Shown here one piece after another: positions 53,074 through 64,000 of a stretch of 64,000 nt of DNA. Location of the stretch: the NCBI RefSeq assembly GCF_006345805.1, contig NC_043002.1:65472001-65536000 (forward strand), written 5' to 3'. The notes below the pieces were generated by a model that saw only the letters and a list, made by a program, of their open reading frames with translations, ran no database searches and was not told where the DNA came from. Origin of the DNA: Octopus sinensis. Lineage: Eukaryota. The translations under genes were made by a program, and so were the position numbers. The first letter of the stretch is position 1. Every line of letters begins with the position of its first letter.

Positions 53074-53344
53074 GCAAAGTACCAGGAACTAGCTATTGAA
53101 TTACAGACACTATAGAAAGTGTGGGTAAAATGTATCCCAGTAATTATAGATGCATTGGGAACTATCCTTAAAAATCTGAACAGGTGTATAGTGGAAATAG
53201 GCATAAAAGCCAGTTTAGTGCAGCTGCAGAAAACAGTGTTATTAGGGACAGCTAGGATACTTAGGAGGGTTCTTGGAATCTAAGGTAACTTGTTGCAGCA
53301 CAGAGTTAGGATTCTTTTCTTCTTTAATAGTCTCATCTATTGAG
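53074..53344 (+). mobile_element. 3' end of an R4/Dong-clade non-LTR retrotransposon in (TAA)n
   Basis: KYQELAIELQTL*KVWVKCIPVIIDALGTI..LQKTVLLGTARILRRVLGI* is the typical REL-endonuclease C-terminus; (TAA)n on both sides. Confidence 0.88.
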
Positions 53345-53419
53345 TAATAATAATAATAATAATATTAATAATAATAATAATACATGGTTATATACAGTGG
53401 TGCGTGGGTTTTCGGATCA

Positions 53420-53670
53420 CCATCACTTTGTTATCTCCCCTTCTCCCTAGCTCTCCTGCGTGACCCTTCTGTCCGGCCTTTGCCATGGTAGATCGCTAGC
53501 CAATACACATTCTTTATTTTCTCTCCTTGTTTCTTTCTGTGTTTCTTTCTGTGGAAGAGCGTAGGCTCGAAACGTTAAAGATTTTTTCACTCCCCGAGCG
53601 TTATACTAATAGATCTGTTTGTTGTCTACACCACCTGTCTTCGTCTCTTGAATATTTTGGGAATTTTCCC
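53420..53670 (+). mobile_element. PLE-like 3' terminal fragment with HHR-like motif
   Basis: Homologous to the reverse complement of 29445-29670; ends in (TA)n. Confidence 0.65.
53544..53581 (+). ncRNA. Minimal hammerhead-like motif with atypical core
   Basis: TCTTT-CTGTGGA-A-GAGC-GTAG-GCTC-GAAA-CG-TT-AAAGA; stems I and II perfect, A6 replaced by U. Confidence 0.55.
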
Positions 53671-53741
53671 TATATATATATGTATGTATGTATATATGCA
53701 TGTATGTATGTATGTATATGTATGTATGTATGTAATTATGC

Positions 53742-53831
<90 letters not shown>

Positions 53832-53833
<2 letters not shown>

Positions 53834-54180
53834 AGAGTGGCTGTGTGATAAGAAGTTTGCCTCTCAACCACGTCTTTCGGAATTCAATCTCACTGAATGT
53901 TACCTGGGGCAAATGTCTTCTCCTACAGCCCTGAGTTGATCTAAGTCTTGGGAGTGGATTTGTTATACAGAAACTGGAAGAAGCATGTCGTGTGCATGTA
54001 TACCTATGCGTGCGTCTATATTTATATCCCACCAGCGCTTGATTATTGTTGTTGGTTTTGTTTTGTGTCACCTGAAACTTAGCGGCTCAGCAGAATAAGT
54101 AATGGGACCGATTTGTTCGACTAAACCGTTCGGGGCAATGCCTCTGCGTTACCTCAGTCCAATGACTGAAACAAGTAAAA
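53832..54180 (+). mobile_element. SINE family B (older copy)
   Basis: GAGTGGCTGTGTGATAAGAAG..AATGACTGAAACAAGTAAAA. Confidence 0.8.
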
Positions 54181-54659
54181 TATGTGTTTGTGTGCACTCA
54201 AATGTACCAGTAGGCATATTTTAACATTTCATTGTGAAAAGCACTAACATTCTGAGAATAGTCTTCTTTAAGATCAATATAATGTCTTAATTCAATTTTA
54301 TTTGTAGTCTATCTTATGCGGGTTGTTTATATTCTGATCCTAACTGGGTTTTTGTTTTATGTCATTATAACTTCTTCAAAAAGCTCATAGTACCGTAGAT
54401 GCGTTATTTTGTCTATTAAATGCTTCTTTGAATCTTAACTCATATGGTTTTAGTTCATTTTCTTCCTGAATTTTTGAACTAGTTTCTCTTTATGTATTTT
54501 CGTTTAGGTTGAATCTTTCTTTCTCTGTGATTTCTTTCTTCTCTTTTCCCTTCAAGTTTTATCTGTAATGAATTATTCTTCATCGCACAGTAGAAGTTTG
54601 TTTATAAAGTCTGTAATGTAAGTAAAAGCAGTGTGTGCTCATCTATTTGTAACCCCACA

Positions 54660-54885
54660 GCTAATATTCGTTTCTATTAAAGGCACAGCGCGTGAAAGTT
54701 TTGGCGAGGGGCTAATCGATTATATTGACACCAGTTTGCAACTCGTACTTATATCATCGACCCTTGAGAGGATGAAAGGCAAAGTCGACTTCGACGGAAT
54801 TTGAAGTCAGAACCTAAAGAGAAACGAAATTCTGCTAAGCATCTTACTCGGCGTGCTAACGATCCAGCCACCTCGCCGCCTTAAC
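54660..54885 (-). mobile_element. SINE family A, full length
   Basis: Minus strand begins TAAGGCGGCGAGGTGGCTGGATCGTTAGCACGCCG; homologous to 3868. Confidence 0.85.
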
Positions 54886-55378
54886 ACCTGACCTAATAAT
54901 ATCTCTATTGTTATGCCCAGAGTTTTGATTAGTGGTGCTCAGGTAACTAGTGTTAGTAAGTTGAACGCTTCGTTATTGTTGCAGATGATGTGAATAACTT
55001 GTTTGAATATTTGGAACATTTTCTCGAACTATTTGTTAACAGTGCTATTCATGTTTCCTCTTCTCATTATGAATTTCGCTTCGAGTTTCAGCGTTTTAGT
55101 TACTGCTTTGCTATGTCGTGTTGAGTAGTGTTGTGCGCTATGCATTTCGGATGTGAAAAAGTAATATGTTTACATAAATCTTGTGAAGTTTGTGAAAGAA
55201 ATTGCTTTTGTCTGTTGTTTACCTCCGGGTATCAAGAATAGCCCCCACCTTAGAAAATCAAGGATCTTTATACACGATTTTTCAAAGAAATTTCCATTTG
55301 GTGATACTTGAATAAAGCTTGCTTCAAAAAGATGTCTCCTTACTCCAAATATATTATATTTTGTAGTTTGATTATTTA

Positions 55379-55379
<1 letters not shown>

Positions 55380-55462
<83 letters not shown>

Positions 55463-55484
55463 GTTGTTGTTGTTGTTGTTGTTG

Positions 55485-55541
<57 letters not shown>

Positions 55542-55756
55542 TATTATATTTCCCTAGAAATGTGACAATAATAAATACAATGTGTTTTGCTAAAGTTTGA
55601 TACATTAGAACTAATACTATTGCAACATTTACTACTACTACTACTACTACTACTACTACGATTATTATTATTATTATGCATAATAATAATATCTATAACA
55701 ATACTTATAATAATAGTGATAATAATAATAGTAATATTAACAATAATAATAACTAC

Positions 55757-55789
<33 letters not shown>

Positions 55790-55790
55790 G
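55380..55790. repeat. (TAA)n/(TTA)n/(TTG)n/(CTA)n compound microsatellite
   Basis: Directly visible. Confidence 0.95.
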
Positions 55791-56466
55791 TTAAAAATCA
55801 TGTTATTGTGGTTGTTAGTAAAGAAAGCCATGGACAAAAGAAGTTTTAAAGGTCAAAGAGGTGGTCGCTCCACAAAAGAATTTTAAGCCTTCTGGTAATA
55901 TCGTTTGCAATCGACGTTTCTTCGCATTATTATCATAATAATCAACTACTCCGACATCAACATTACAGATATCATCAGCAGCAGCAACATCAGTGGTAGT
56001 AGCAGCTGTAATATCATCACCAGCTTCCTGATGGTGATCATCATCATCATGGACATCATATTTCATATCTGTAATCTTCATGAATTTCCACATACACATA
56101 TCTATGTAATGCACGTATGTACGTATGTATGCATGTATCTATATGTACATATATATATAATATTTATATATGTGTGTGCATGTGTATGTATATATATTTA
56201 TATATATAAATGTATCTATAAATACATATATGTATATATATATGTACATATACATATATATATTTATATACACACACAACAATATTTTAGCTTATATATG
56301 CGTATTAATATCTATACATAAACAAATGTATGGATATATGAATGCATATATGCATATATACACATAACAATATGTATATATATGTATATATCATACGCAC
56401 AAGTACATACACACACACACACACACGTAGATACATATGTACATCATATATGTATATACCTACCTA

Positions 56467-56503
<37 letters not shown>

Positions 56504-59029
56504 TCTGTGTGTGGTATGCATACTTTGAAGTTATATTTACTAGTTGAATGTAAGTACGAATGAATGAAGACAAATTCTGTCGATCTTTCTTACTCGCTTC
56601 TATACTTCTCTCTCTCTCTCTCTCTGTTTCTCTACCTCCTTTTCTCTCTCCCCCACTCTTATTATCTATCTCTCTGCATCTGTCTATCGTTTTATCAAGA
56701 AATCTGTTTATCTTTCCTTCTATCTTTTGAGTTCCCATTTCAAAGGATATTCAGAATAAAGCGAGCCTTGGTTAGTAACAACAGCACATCTTCTGTAAAC
56801 TTCAGACTTGTCTTTTACAGTAATGTTGATGTGAAGAATATAACGTTGTTTCCATTTTATTGTTCCTGACAGAACAATTTCCATGACAGATATATAAAAC
56901 TTTTACTGTCTTTTCTTCCGTTCTTTTCCTTTCTTCTTCAATCAGTTCTTTTCCCTATTTCTTTACCATTTATTTTTCTTTTCATTTCATATAAACGAAA
57001 TATTGCTTTTGTATTTGCTGCATTCCTTTTGTTGTTACTTTTCGGTACGTGTAGTGGTGTTGGCGTGGGGTTGGAAACTGTATGGCATCTGAAATGCCTT
57101 GCGGTATGTTGTCTCGTACTTACTAGTACGAGTTTGGTTTCAAATCCCATCCCGGTAGATGCTTTCTTTCATCCTCCCGCTTAAATATGTACCATTTAGA
57201 TTTTTGTGTAAGGTATTTGACTCGGACCACCAGTATAAGGTATGTGAATATTTGAAATTTATTTAGAGAAATATTTCTTTGTTTTTAATGTTGTGCAGTA
57301 GCAAAATTTGTAAATTGTTAGAATATAGCCTTCTATATTTTCGTATTTATATATTTATGCATTTTCATATTTTCCGATATCGACAATACATTTTCCCTTC
57401 TCTGCTTTTCATGAAAATAAAACTCAATAATGAAGGTAAAAGACAGCAGAGTTGCTGCAATATTTATCGCATCGAACACAAAGCTTAGCTCAGCCCGTTC
57501 GGTTCTTTACGTCCTGTGTGGAAACTCCTTTGCGGTCGATGCAATAAAGTATTAGTCGATTACTTGGGTCGATGTAATTGATTAGGCGTATTCGTTTTCA
57601 CTCTCAGAAACTTTGTATTTGGCAGTTCAGGAAAATACTTTTATGGGATCTTTTCATAAAGAAATGTTGAAATAAAATGGTTTCTGTTATTTTTTACATT
57701 AATTCGCTAAGAAAGGGGAGACTTTTTCCTCCTGCACGTAAGTTTCACAAACGTTTAAGTATTCCAAAACACCACTCTAGATATGAAACTGTCCGTAATG
57801 AACAGTATGCAAATAAGAAAGAAAAAATTCATTTAATTTTTCTGCGCAAACTATATGATTTATAAAAGTAAGATTTTACAACTAAGAGTAACAACGGTAT
57901 TTGAATAATTTTGACGAAATGGTAAACGATAATGGCAAGAGCATATATGCATTTCGCAAAGCAAAGCAATGAACAAGATCATTCCCTTCTATAGTTGCAT
58001 GCATTGTATCTCGTACCTGGGCGCAAGATGCTTTCTGAGAGAAAGTCTGCCCTGAAGATATGCGTGGCAAAATACGGTGCATCTATATATATTCTGTTAT
58101 TAATGAATGTTAATTAAAATCCAAAGTACATCCCTGAATCCCTAAAGTCTCGGGAATTTTCGCATGCCTGCAGAAAGGCAATTACAGGCAGCTCTGTTTG
58201 CTGTGAGGAACAATATCTCCTCCATCGACCAGGACAGAGTTTACGTAACCAGAACAGTTATAGAAAATGTTGTATCAAGATGGAAAAGTAGAACGAGGTG
58301 ATGAGATAATCAACTAGCTATAAGCACGTATTACACTTTATGAACAGGCCCGAAAAACGAAACAGGATAAAGGACATTGGGGACAATGTTACCCCTACAA
58401 AGCAGCCATTGTGTGGTGCAATTTGAGTAAGCGGTAAAGCGCCGAGGTCAACATATAGTGAGTTGGAGTTACTATTGAAATATGAGTCCATAATAGACAC
58501 TAAAATCCATAAACCATTCTGGACGTGTGTCCCGTCTTAACTGCAAAAACAAAAGTCAGATACTTCATGTGTTGCAAGAAAACCAGTAGAGCGACTGTTG
58601 CCCTGAAGAAGTCTGCAAAAGAAGTACAAGAAAACAGCATATACAGCAACAAATATGACAAGTTTGAAAATGGCTTGTTCTAAGAACACCACCAGCTGCG
58701 GTGAAATGGATTGGGAAGATATAACTTCAGCTTCAATATTAGGAGTTACAAAATGAGGGTCAGGAAATATAAGAGGAAGAAGCTAAGACCTTGGTAGTAG
58801 AAAGTGGTACATCTCATTACATCACTGGTGCGATATTTCCATGGAAAATTTAGTCGAAACGATTCACCTCAGTGACTGCTTTCAAAATCGGAAGCTTATT
58901 TCTTTCGCTCGTGTGACGAACCACTACGCTGCGAGGATGTAAACAAACCAAAACCATTGTGAAGCAGCGGAGAGAACAATCACAAAGAGGGAAAATATAC
59001 GCGAACATACAAACACAACTGGCAATTTC

Positions 59030-59560
59030 GGCGCCTGCAGCAGACGAGTATCGTCTGCTACAAGTGATATAAATATGTGTGCTTTTACGCACCATGTCTC
59101 CATTTGATAGATCCTCTCAAGGTGAATATCGTAGCATTTTGGCGTTCTAACACATCGTCCAAGTTAAGTCGGACATAAAAATTGCCTTCTGACATCAATA
59201 CTGCTTCCGTTAAAAAAAATTATTTTATAAGCCTGCTGGCTATTTGCGACACCAATGCCTCAAAAATCATTGGAATTCTTTACATTATCTGCGGTGTGAT
59301 CTGCTCGGTTTACGGCTAGTGGACGACTGTCACCGAGGAGGCGCAGTCCATGGAAATCAGGTGATTTCACTGTTCCGACACTCGTAGCAGATGATTCTCG
59401 TCTGCCAACGTTATAAATATGTGTGCTTTTAAACACCATGTGTCCATATAAGAAGTCCTCATAAGGTAAATAATTCAGTATTATACGTTTTAACAAACAT
59501 CCACGTTGAGTTGGATACAAAGATTACCAATTGGTATTAATACGGCGTCTGTTGCTTATA
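59030..59560 (+). repeat. Unclassified ~347 bp tandem repeat family, cluster B (~1.5 units)
   Basis: CAGAYGA..TCGTCTGC..TATAAATATGTGTGCTTTTA..CACCATGT.TCCAT at 59041 and 59388. Confidence 0.8.
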
Positions 59561-59944
59561 TGATATATACATATATACATATGCGCTCGACTGTATTTTA
59601 TTCATTTTCTGTCAACCAAATTCATTAACAAGGCATTGGTCGGCGCGGAGCTATAACTGAAGACACTTGCAAAATGTAGCGCATAGTGTGTGCATGTGCA
59701 TATGTATGAGTGCACGCGCGCGCGAGCGTGTTTGCAGACCATTTTCAAAAAGAATTCTTGATACAATCACAAAAGATATTCTTAAATTAATTATTGCTAA
59801 TTATATTAAAATAATCTTTAAAAAATCAAAGCTTCGTTCGAAAAGATTTCTGTCATTGTATTTTGGAAGAGATTTTATATGTAACTTATAATCTTTAATT
59901 AGGAAAATTTTTCTTCATACAGAGAGAGAGAGAGAGATGGGGGA

Positions 59945-60558
59945 GGGGTGAATAAACTGTCGTCTAACTTACACAAAAATGAAAATAACACTGACATCTC
60001 ATTTTAACAGATATACTTACCAAAATTACATAAAAATATCTTGAAATACTAAAGAGTAAATTTATCTAATAAATTTGCTATTGGCTTGAAAATCACGGTC
60101 TCCACACGACTTTGGAATCTCCTGAAATTCTTCTCGATGGTTTCCTTGTTTAAGTTAGTGAATGCTGCCATAATTATTGCCTTCAGTTCATGTAGGCCAC
60201 CATGTTAAATCTCAGACCGTGCGGGAAGGTGAATGGAGGCATAACGTTTCCATCACTAGTGATGATGACTGGATGTTTGATTTTTATCAATATCTGTCCT
60301 CATATTGCACTCTCCTCAGATTGACACCCAAACACTCTGAAATGTTCGCATTGAAGCTTCCGGGGCGAATGCCAAGCAGTACAATATGTCGCTTCCAAAT
60401 TTCTGACAGAGTGAATTGCGACATACTACTGTTTTTCTCACAGACGGTGTCCGACTGACCCTTCAATACTATGTAGTCGGCAAAATCTACAACAGGCAAT
60501 ACGCATGGGCGAAATAAAAAAATATAAAATGGCGACAAATTTAACCATCGCACCCAGT
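59945..60558 (-). mobile_element. Internally deleted Tc1-like element
   Basis: Minus strand: N-terminal MSQFTLSEIWKRHIVLLGIRPG..ISECLGVNLRRVQ and C-terminal ELKAIIMAAFTNLNKETIEKNFRRFQSRVETVI; TA-CTGGGTGCGATGG terminus. Confidence 0.65.
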
Positions 60559-60565
60559 AAATATG

Positions 60566-60642
<77 letters not shown>

Positions 60643-60688
60643 TATATATATGTGTGTGTGTGAGTGTGTGTGTGTGTGTGTGTAATAT

Positions 60689-60888
60689 CGTGGCGTGCTG
60701 GAGAGTTCCTGGCTTTAAGGGTATCGTGAAAGATCTGGAGAAAGAGGGTTAACTTGCCGAATATCTTCACAGGTCTTTGAAAAACCTAAGTACTGCTGTA
60801 ATAAGTGAGTTAATCTGAGTAGAGAATATGTTGAATAAATCATAACTAACTGACCCTCCTGGACCCTCCAGGAAGATTTCAGCACACA
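60689..60888 (+). mobile_element. Mariner-derived MITE
   Basis: GTGCTGGAGAGTTCCTGG / CCAGGAAGATTTCAGCAC TIR pair; internal GAATATGTTGAATAA (EYVE*) mariner C-terminus. Confidence 0.6.
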
Positions 60889-61464
60889 CACCCCTCAGCC
60901 CCAAACCCGTATATGTCTATTATCAACAACGGGCCGACGTCACCGAGTGATTTAAGGGGCGAGAGTTTCGTGCCTTGTCTATTACTCTGCTGAATAAATA
61001 CGGAAATAAAGAAATAAAGGAAATTAAGATATATACGTATATTTATACATGTAACAGCGCCAGTGAATATAAATACAGTATGTACAGGATTACACACACA
61101 TACACATACCTATCTTCACACTTTATCACGCACGTTCTTTTATATGTTTCTTTATTGTATGGTGTAACGGGCAAGTAATTTGAAAAATATGCACTATACA
61201 CGGCATGTAATTGCTTTTATAATTTGTTCCAGAACATTCCAGGAAAATGCCATTATCACTGATATGACCCTTTAATTTCTAACCAGTTTGATAGACGCCA
61301 ACTCAGGAAACTCTGTAACTGTTGCAGATTATTAATGAAAATACGTGTTTGTTCCCATGTTTTGAGTTATATTTCCTGTTTGCATCACTAAAACTATACA
61401 TACATGTATTCATACGTACGCGCATACATACATACGTGAGTGTGTGTGTGTGTGTCTGCTTTTG

Positions 61465-61800
61465 AAGGCGCATGGCTCAGTGGTTAGAGCATCGCTTTTA
61501 CAATCGTGAGATTGTGAGTACGATTCCCGAACCAGGTAGAGCGTTGTGCTCTTGGGCAAGAAACTTCATTTTTCTTTGCGCCAGTTCAATCAGCCGTAGA
61601 AATGATTTGCGACGTTATAGTTGCCAAGCAATATCAGCTTTTGTCTTTCTCTTGGATAACATCCGTAAAGTAGAGAGGAGATCCTGGTATGCGTGGGTGA
61701 CTGCTGGTCTTCCACAAAAAACCTTGTGCCTCAGAAAGGAAATTTGTTGGTGCAATCCCACAATCCCATGGTCAATTGTGACCGAAGGGATGGTCTTTAC
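61465..61800 (+). mobile_element. tRNA-derived SINE
   Basis: TGGCTCAGTGGTTAGAGC A-box, GAGTACGATTCCC B-box-like, CTCTTGGGCAAG. Confidence 0.75.
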
Positions 61801-62071
61801 TTATATATATATAGTTCATTCGAGGAAGTTAAGTTCGCATGAGATATTATTTAACCCAAGGTATTCCACTGGTTCAATCCGTATTATGTAATGGTAAAGC
61901 CATTTGCATATGTTTAGGATTATTGAAATTTTCAATATTTGTGGGTAAACAGGGAAAAGTAAATGTAGAATAAATGGCTGCTGTAGAAAAATGATATTTT
62001 ATTTTTTAAACAAAACGTCAGTAATCAGTAATTACCTCTTTTTATTCCCCATTTTCTTCTCCTAGTTTTCC

Positions 62072-62105
<34 letters not shown>

Positions 62106-62193
62106 ACAAATATATATATATACATACACACACACATATATATATATGTATATATATATATTTATATATAGATAGATAGATATACATATATAT

Positions 62194-62244
<51 letters not shown>

Positions 62245-64000
62245 TATATTAAATGGTTTCTATTAAAATGCTCAAGAATGTATTTATTTTCAGTTCAGAG
62301 TAAAGATTAATTGCCTGCAAGTTTACACATCAAATATATTTTATATTACAAATTTATACATTAAAAAAACACACACACAATAGCAACTTAACCAACATTG
62401 ACAATTATAACCCTTAAATATGTTTAAAATGCCTAGAGAATAATTTCTGGATTTTACAATCAATTTGTTCATTAGTTTTGTTTTGTTTTTTTAATATTTT
62501 TCTAACTGTAAATATAAACTCTTTGTTACCTCATTATGCAAACTTCAAAGAAATTTATTCTTTTCTTTCTTTATAGTAATTTCTTTACTCTACATTACTG
62601 ATTTGAATTATATATATTCTCTATCAGTTTCATTTTATAACAATATCTGTGATTTAAAATTTAATATGATAAAAATTAGTTAGAAATAGTTTAGCTTAAT
62701 TCAAAGAAATTTTAAAATTAAAATTATCATATAATAACTCTGCTTTTCATTATGTTAGTTAGCCCGACAGTAACGCTTTCACGTGATTAGAGAAAAAAAA
62801 AGATGGAAAGAAAAGAGGGAAAGAGAAAAAGGATAAGGCGAAGAGTGAGACAGAAAGAGGGAGAGAGAAACATCAATGAGTTGTGGTCGGGGGAACGTAA
62901 TATTTATTTGTGGTTAAAAATGTTAGTTGAGGGTAGTGATATAGAGTAGAATTTGGAATATAATTCTATCAGAGGAGTGATGTTCTGACGGTGAGATTAA
63001 AGAAAGGGGGAAAAAAAGAGAGAGAGAGATGATGATGATGATGACAGTGGTGGTGATGGTGGTGGTGGTGGTGGTGGTGGCGGTGGCGCTGGTGGTGGTG
63101 GTGACTGCATAGTGAAAAATTTTGTTTTAAATTGAACTAAGTTTTTTATATCACCTATATTTTAATGCATGCGCATCCCAGACTTGCCATTCATTTCAGA
63201 AAGAAACCAGTTTCCTCTTCACCTGTCATATGTAATGACTGTCAATAAATCACAAAGGCAGATAAAGTGGGGATGTTCTTATCTGAACCTGTATTCGACC
63301 ATGGTCATCTATATATTGCATTCTCAAGGGCTCACGTATTATCTAATATGAGAGTTAAAGTTAGCAACACTGACAAACAAGGGAAAGGAAGAGGGGGAAC
63401 TTACACAAAGAACATATTCTACAAAGAAGTATTGGATTGAAAGGTATACGCAAACTGAAATATGTATTGGCTCCGACCCATCGACTTGGCTTATAAGATA
63501 TCAACGATGTGCTTTTCAGTGTATGTCGTGTTGCATTAAATTTTTATCCCCGTGAAATTGTGACCCCTATATTTTGCACATAAAATAATTTTTTTACTAT
63601 AAAAATTTGTTTTCTAGATATGAAATTGTAACCATGTAAATTTTAAAATGTAATTTTTTTCTCTTTATGGATAAAAGAGAAAAATAAGAGTGAATGTTTA
63701 TTTCATGACTGCTGTGTATTATGTCTACAAAAATTGCGCATAAATTATATAAACTCTACATAAGGTGCATTAAGTCATCGTCGAAGTCCAATTTGCTTTA
63801 TTTTTCAATGAATAGCAGATGAGCTACGACTATCTATACAGACACAACACAGGCTACGCTTTCAGGTTTTACTGGTAAAGTTTTCAGGAATAACCCAATA
63901 AGCTTCCGTGAAATATTCACTGGTCCCGCTGGTTAACTAATTTTTTTAAATTACAATAAAAAGCCGAACAAATATACAAAAAAAACAATTTATGAAACGC

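Noticed and set aside
55381-55460. (TAA)n directly followed by (TTA)n, forming a palindrome
   Set aside because: Simple-repeat strand switch; no evidence of function
58000-58830. Moderately GC-rich unique-looking sequence, possible exon or TE interior
   Set aside because: No long ORF or recognisable motif
61470-61545. tRNA-like sequence
   Set aside because: No complete cloverleaf; continues into a SINE body

Overview
AT-rich, microsatellite-dense eukaryotic DNA with no host gene I can support. The SINE types and repeat content suggest an octopus or other cephalopod genome (inference). Most track ORFs are microsatellite read-through. The main real content is Penelope-like retroelements (PLEs) inserted in (TA)n. 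(1) A young Neptune-type locus at 10.7-17.9 kb has an inverted 3' fragment, a 5'-truncated copy and a ~4.0 kb unit-length copy encoding RT plus C-terminal GIY-YIG behind a long uncharacterised N-terminal region; each copy carries a minimal hammerhead ribozyme (HHR) with a U3-A8 variant core. (2) A Nematis-type element at 42.1-45.2 kb (minus strand) has a canonical HHR. (3) Four more PLE-like 3' remnants carry degenerate HHRs; one has a 1.5 kb (CA)-rich array where ORF sequence is expected. Also present: mariner/Tc1 relics and MITEs, a hAT-like non-autonomous element with unexplained cargo, a CR1/Jockey-type RT relic, an R4/Dong 3' end in (TAA)n, at least three tRNA-derived SINE families, and an unclassified ~350 bp hairpin-bearing tandem repeat at both ends of the window. 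Coordinates were read by eye; ends of degenerate elements are approximate.
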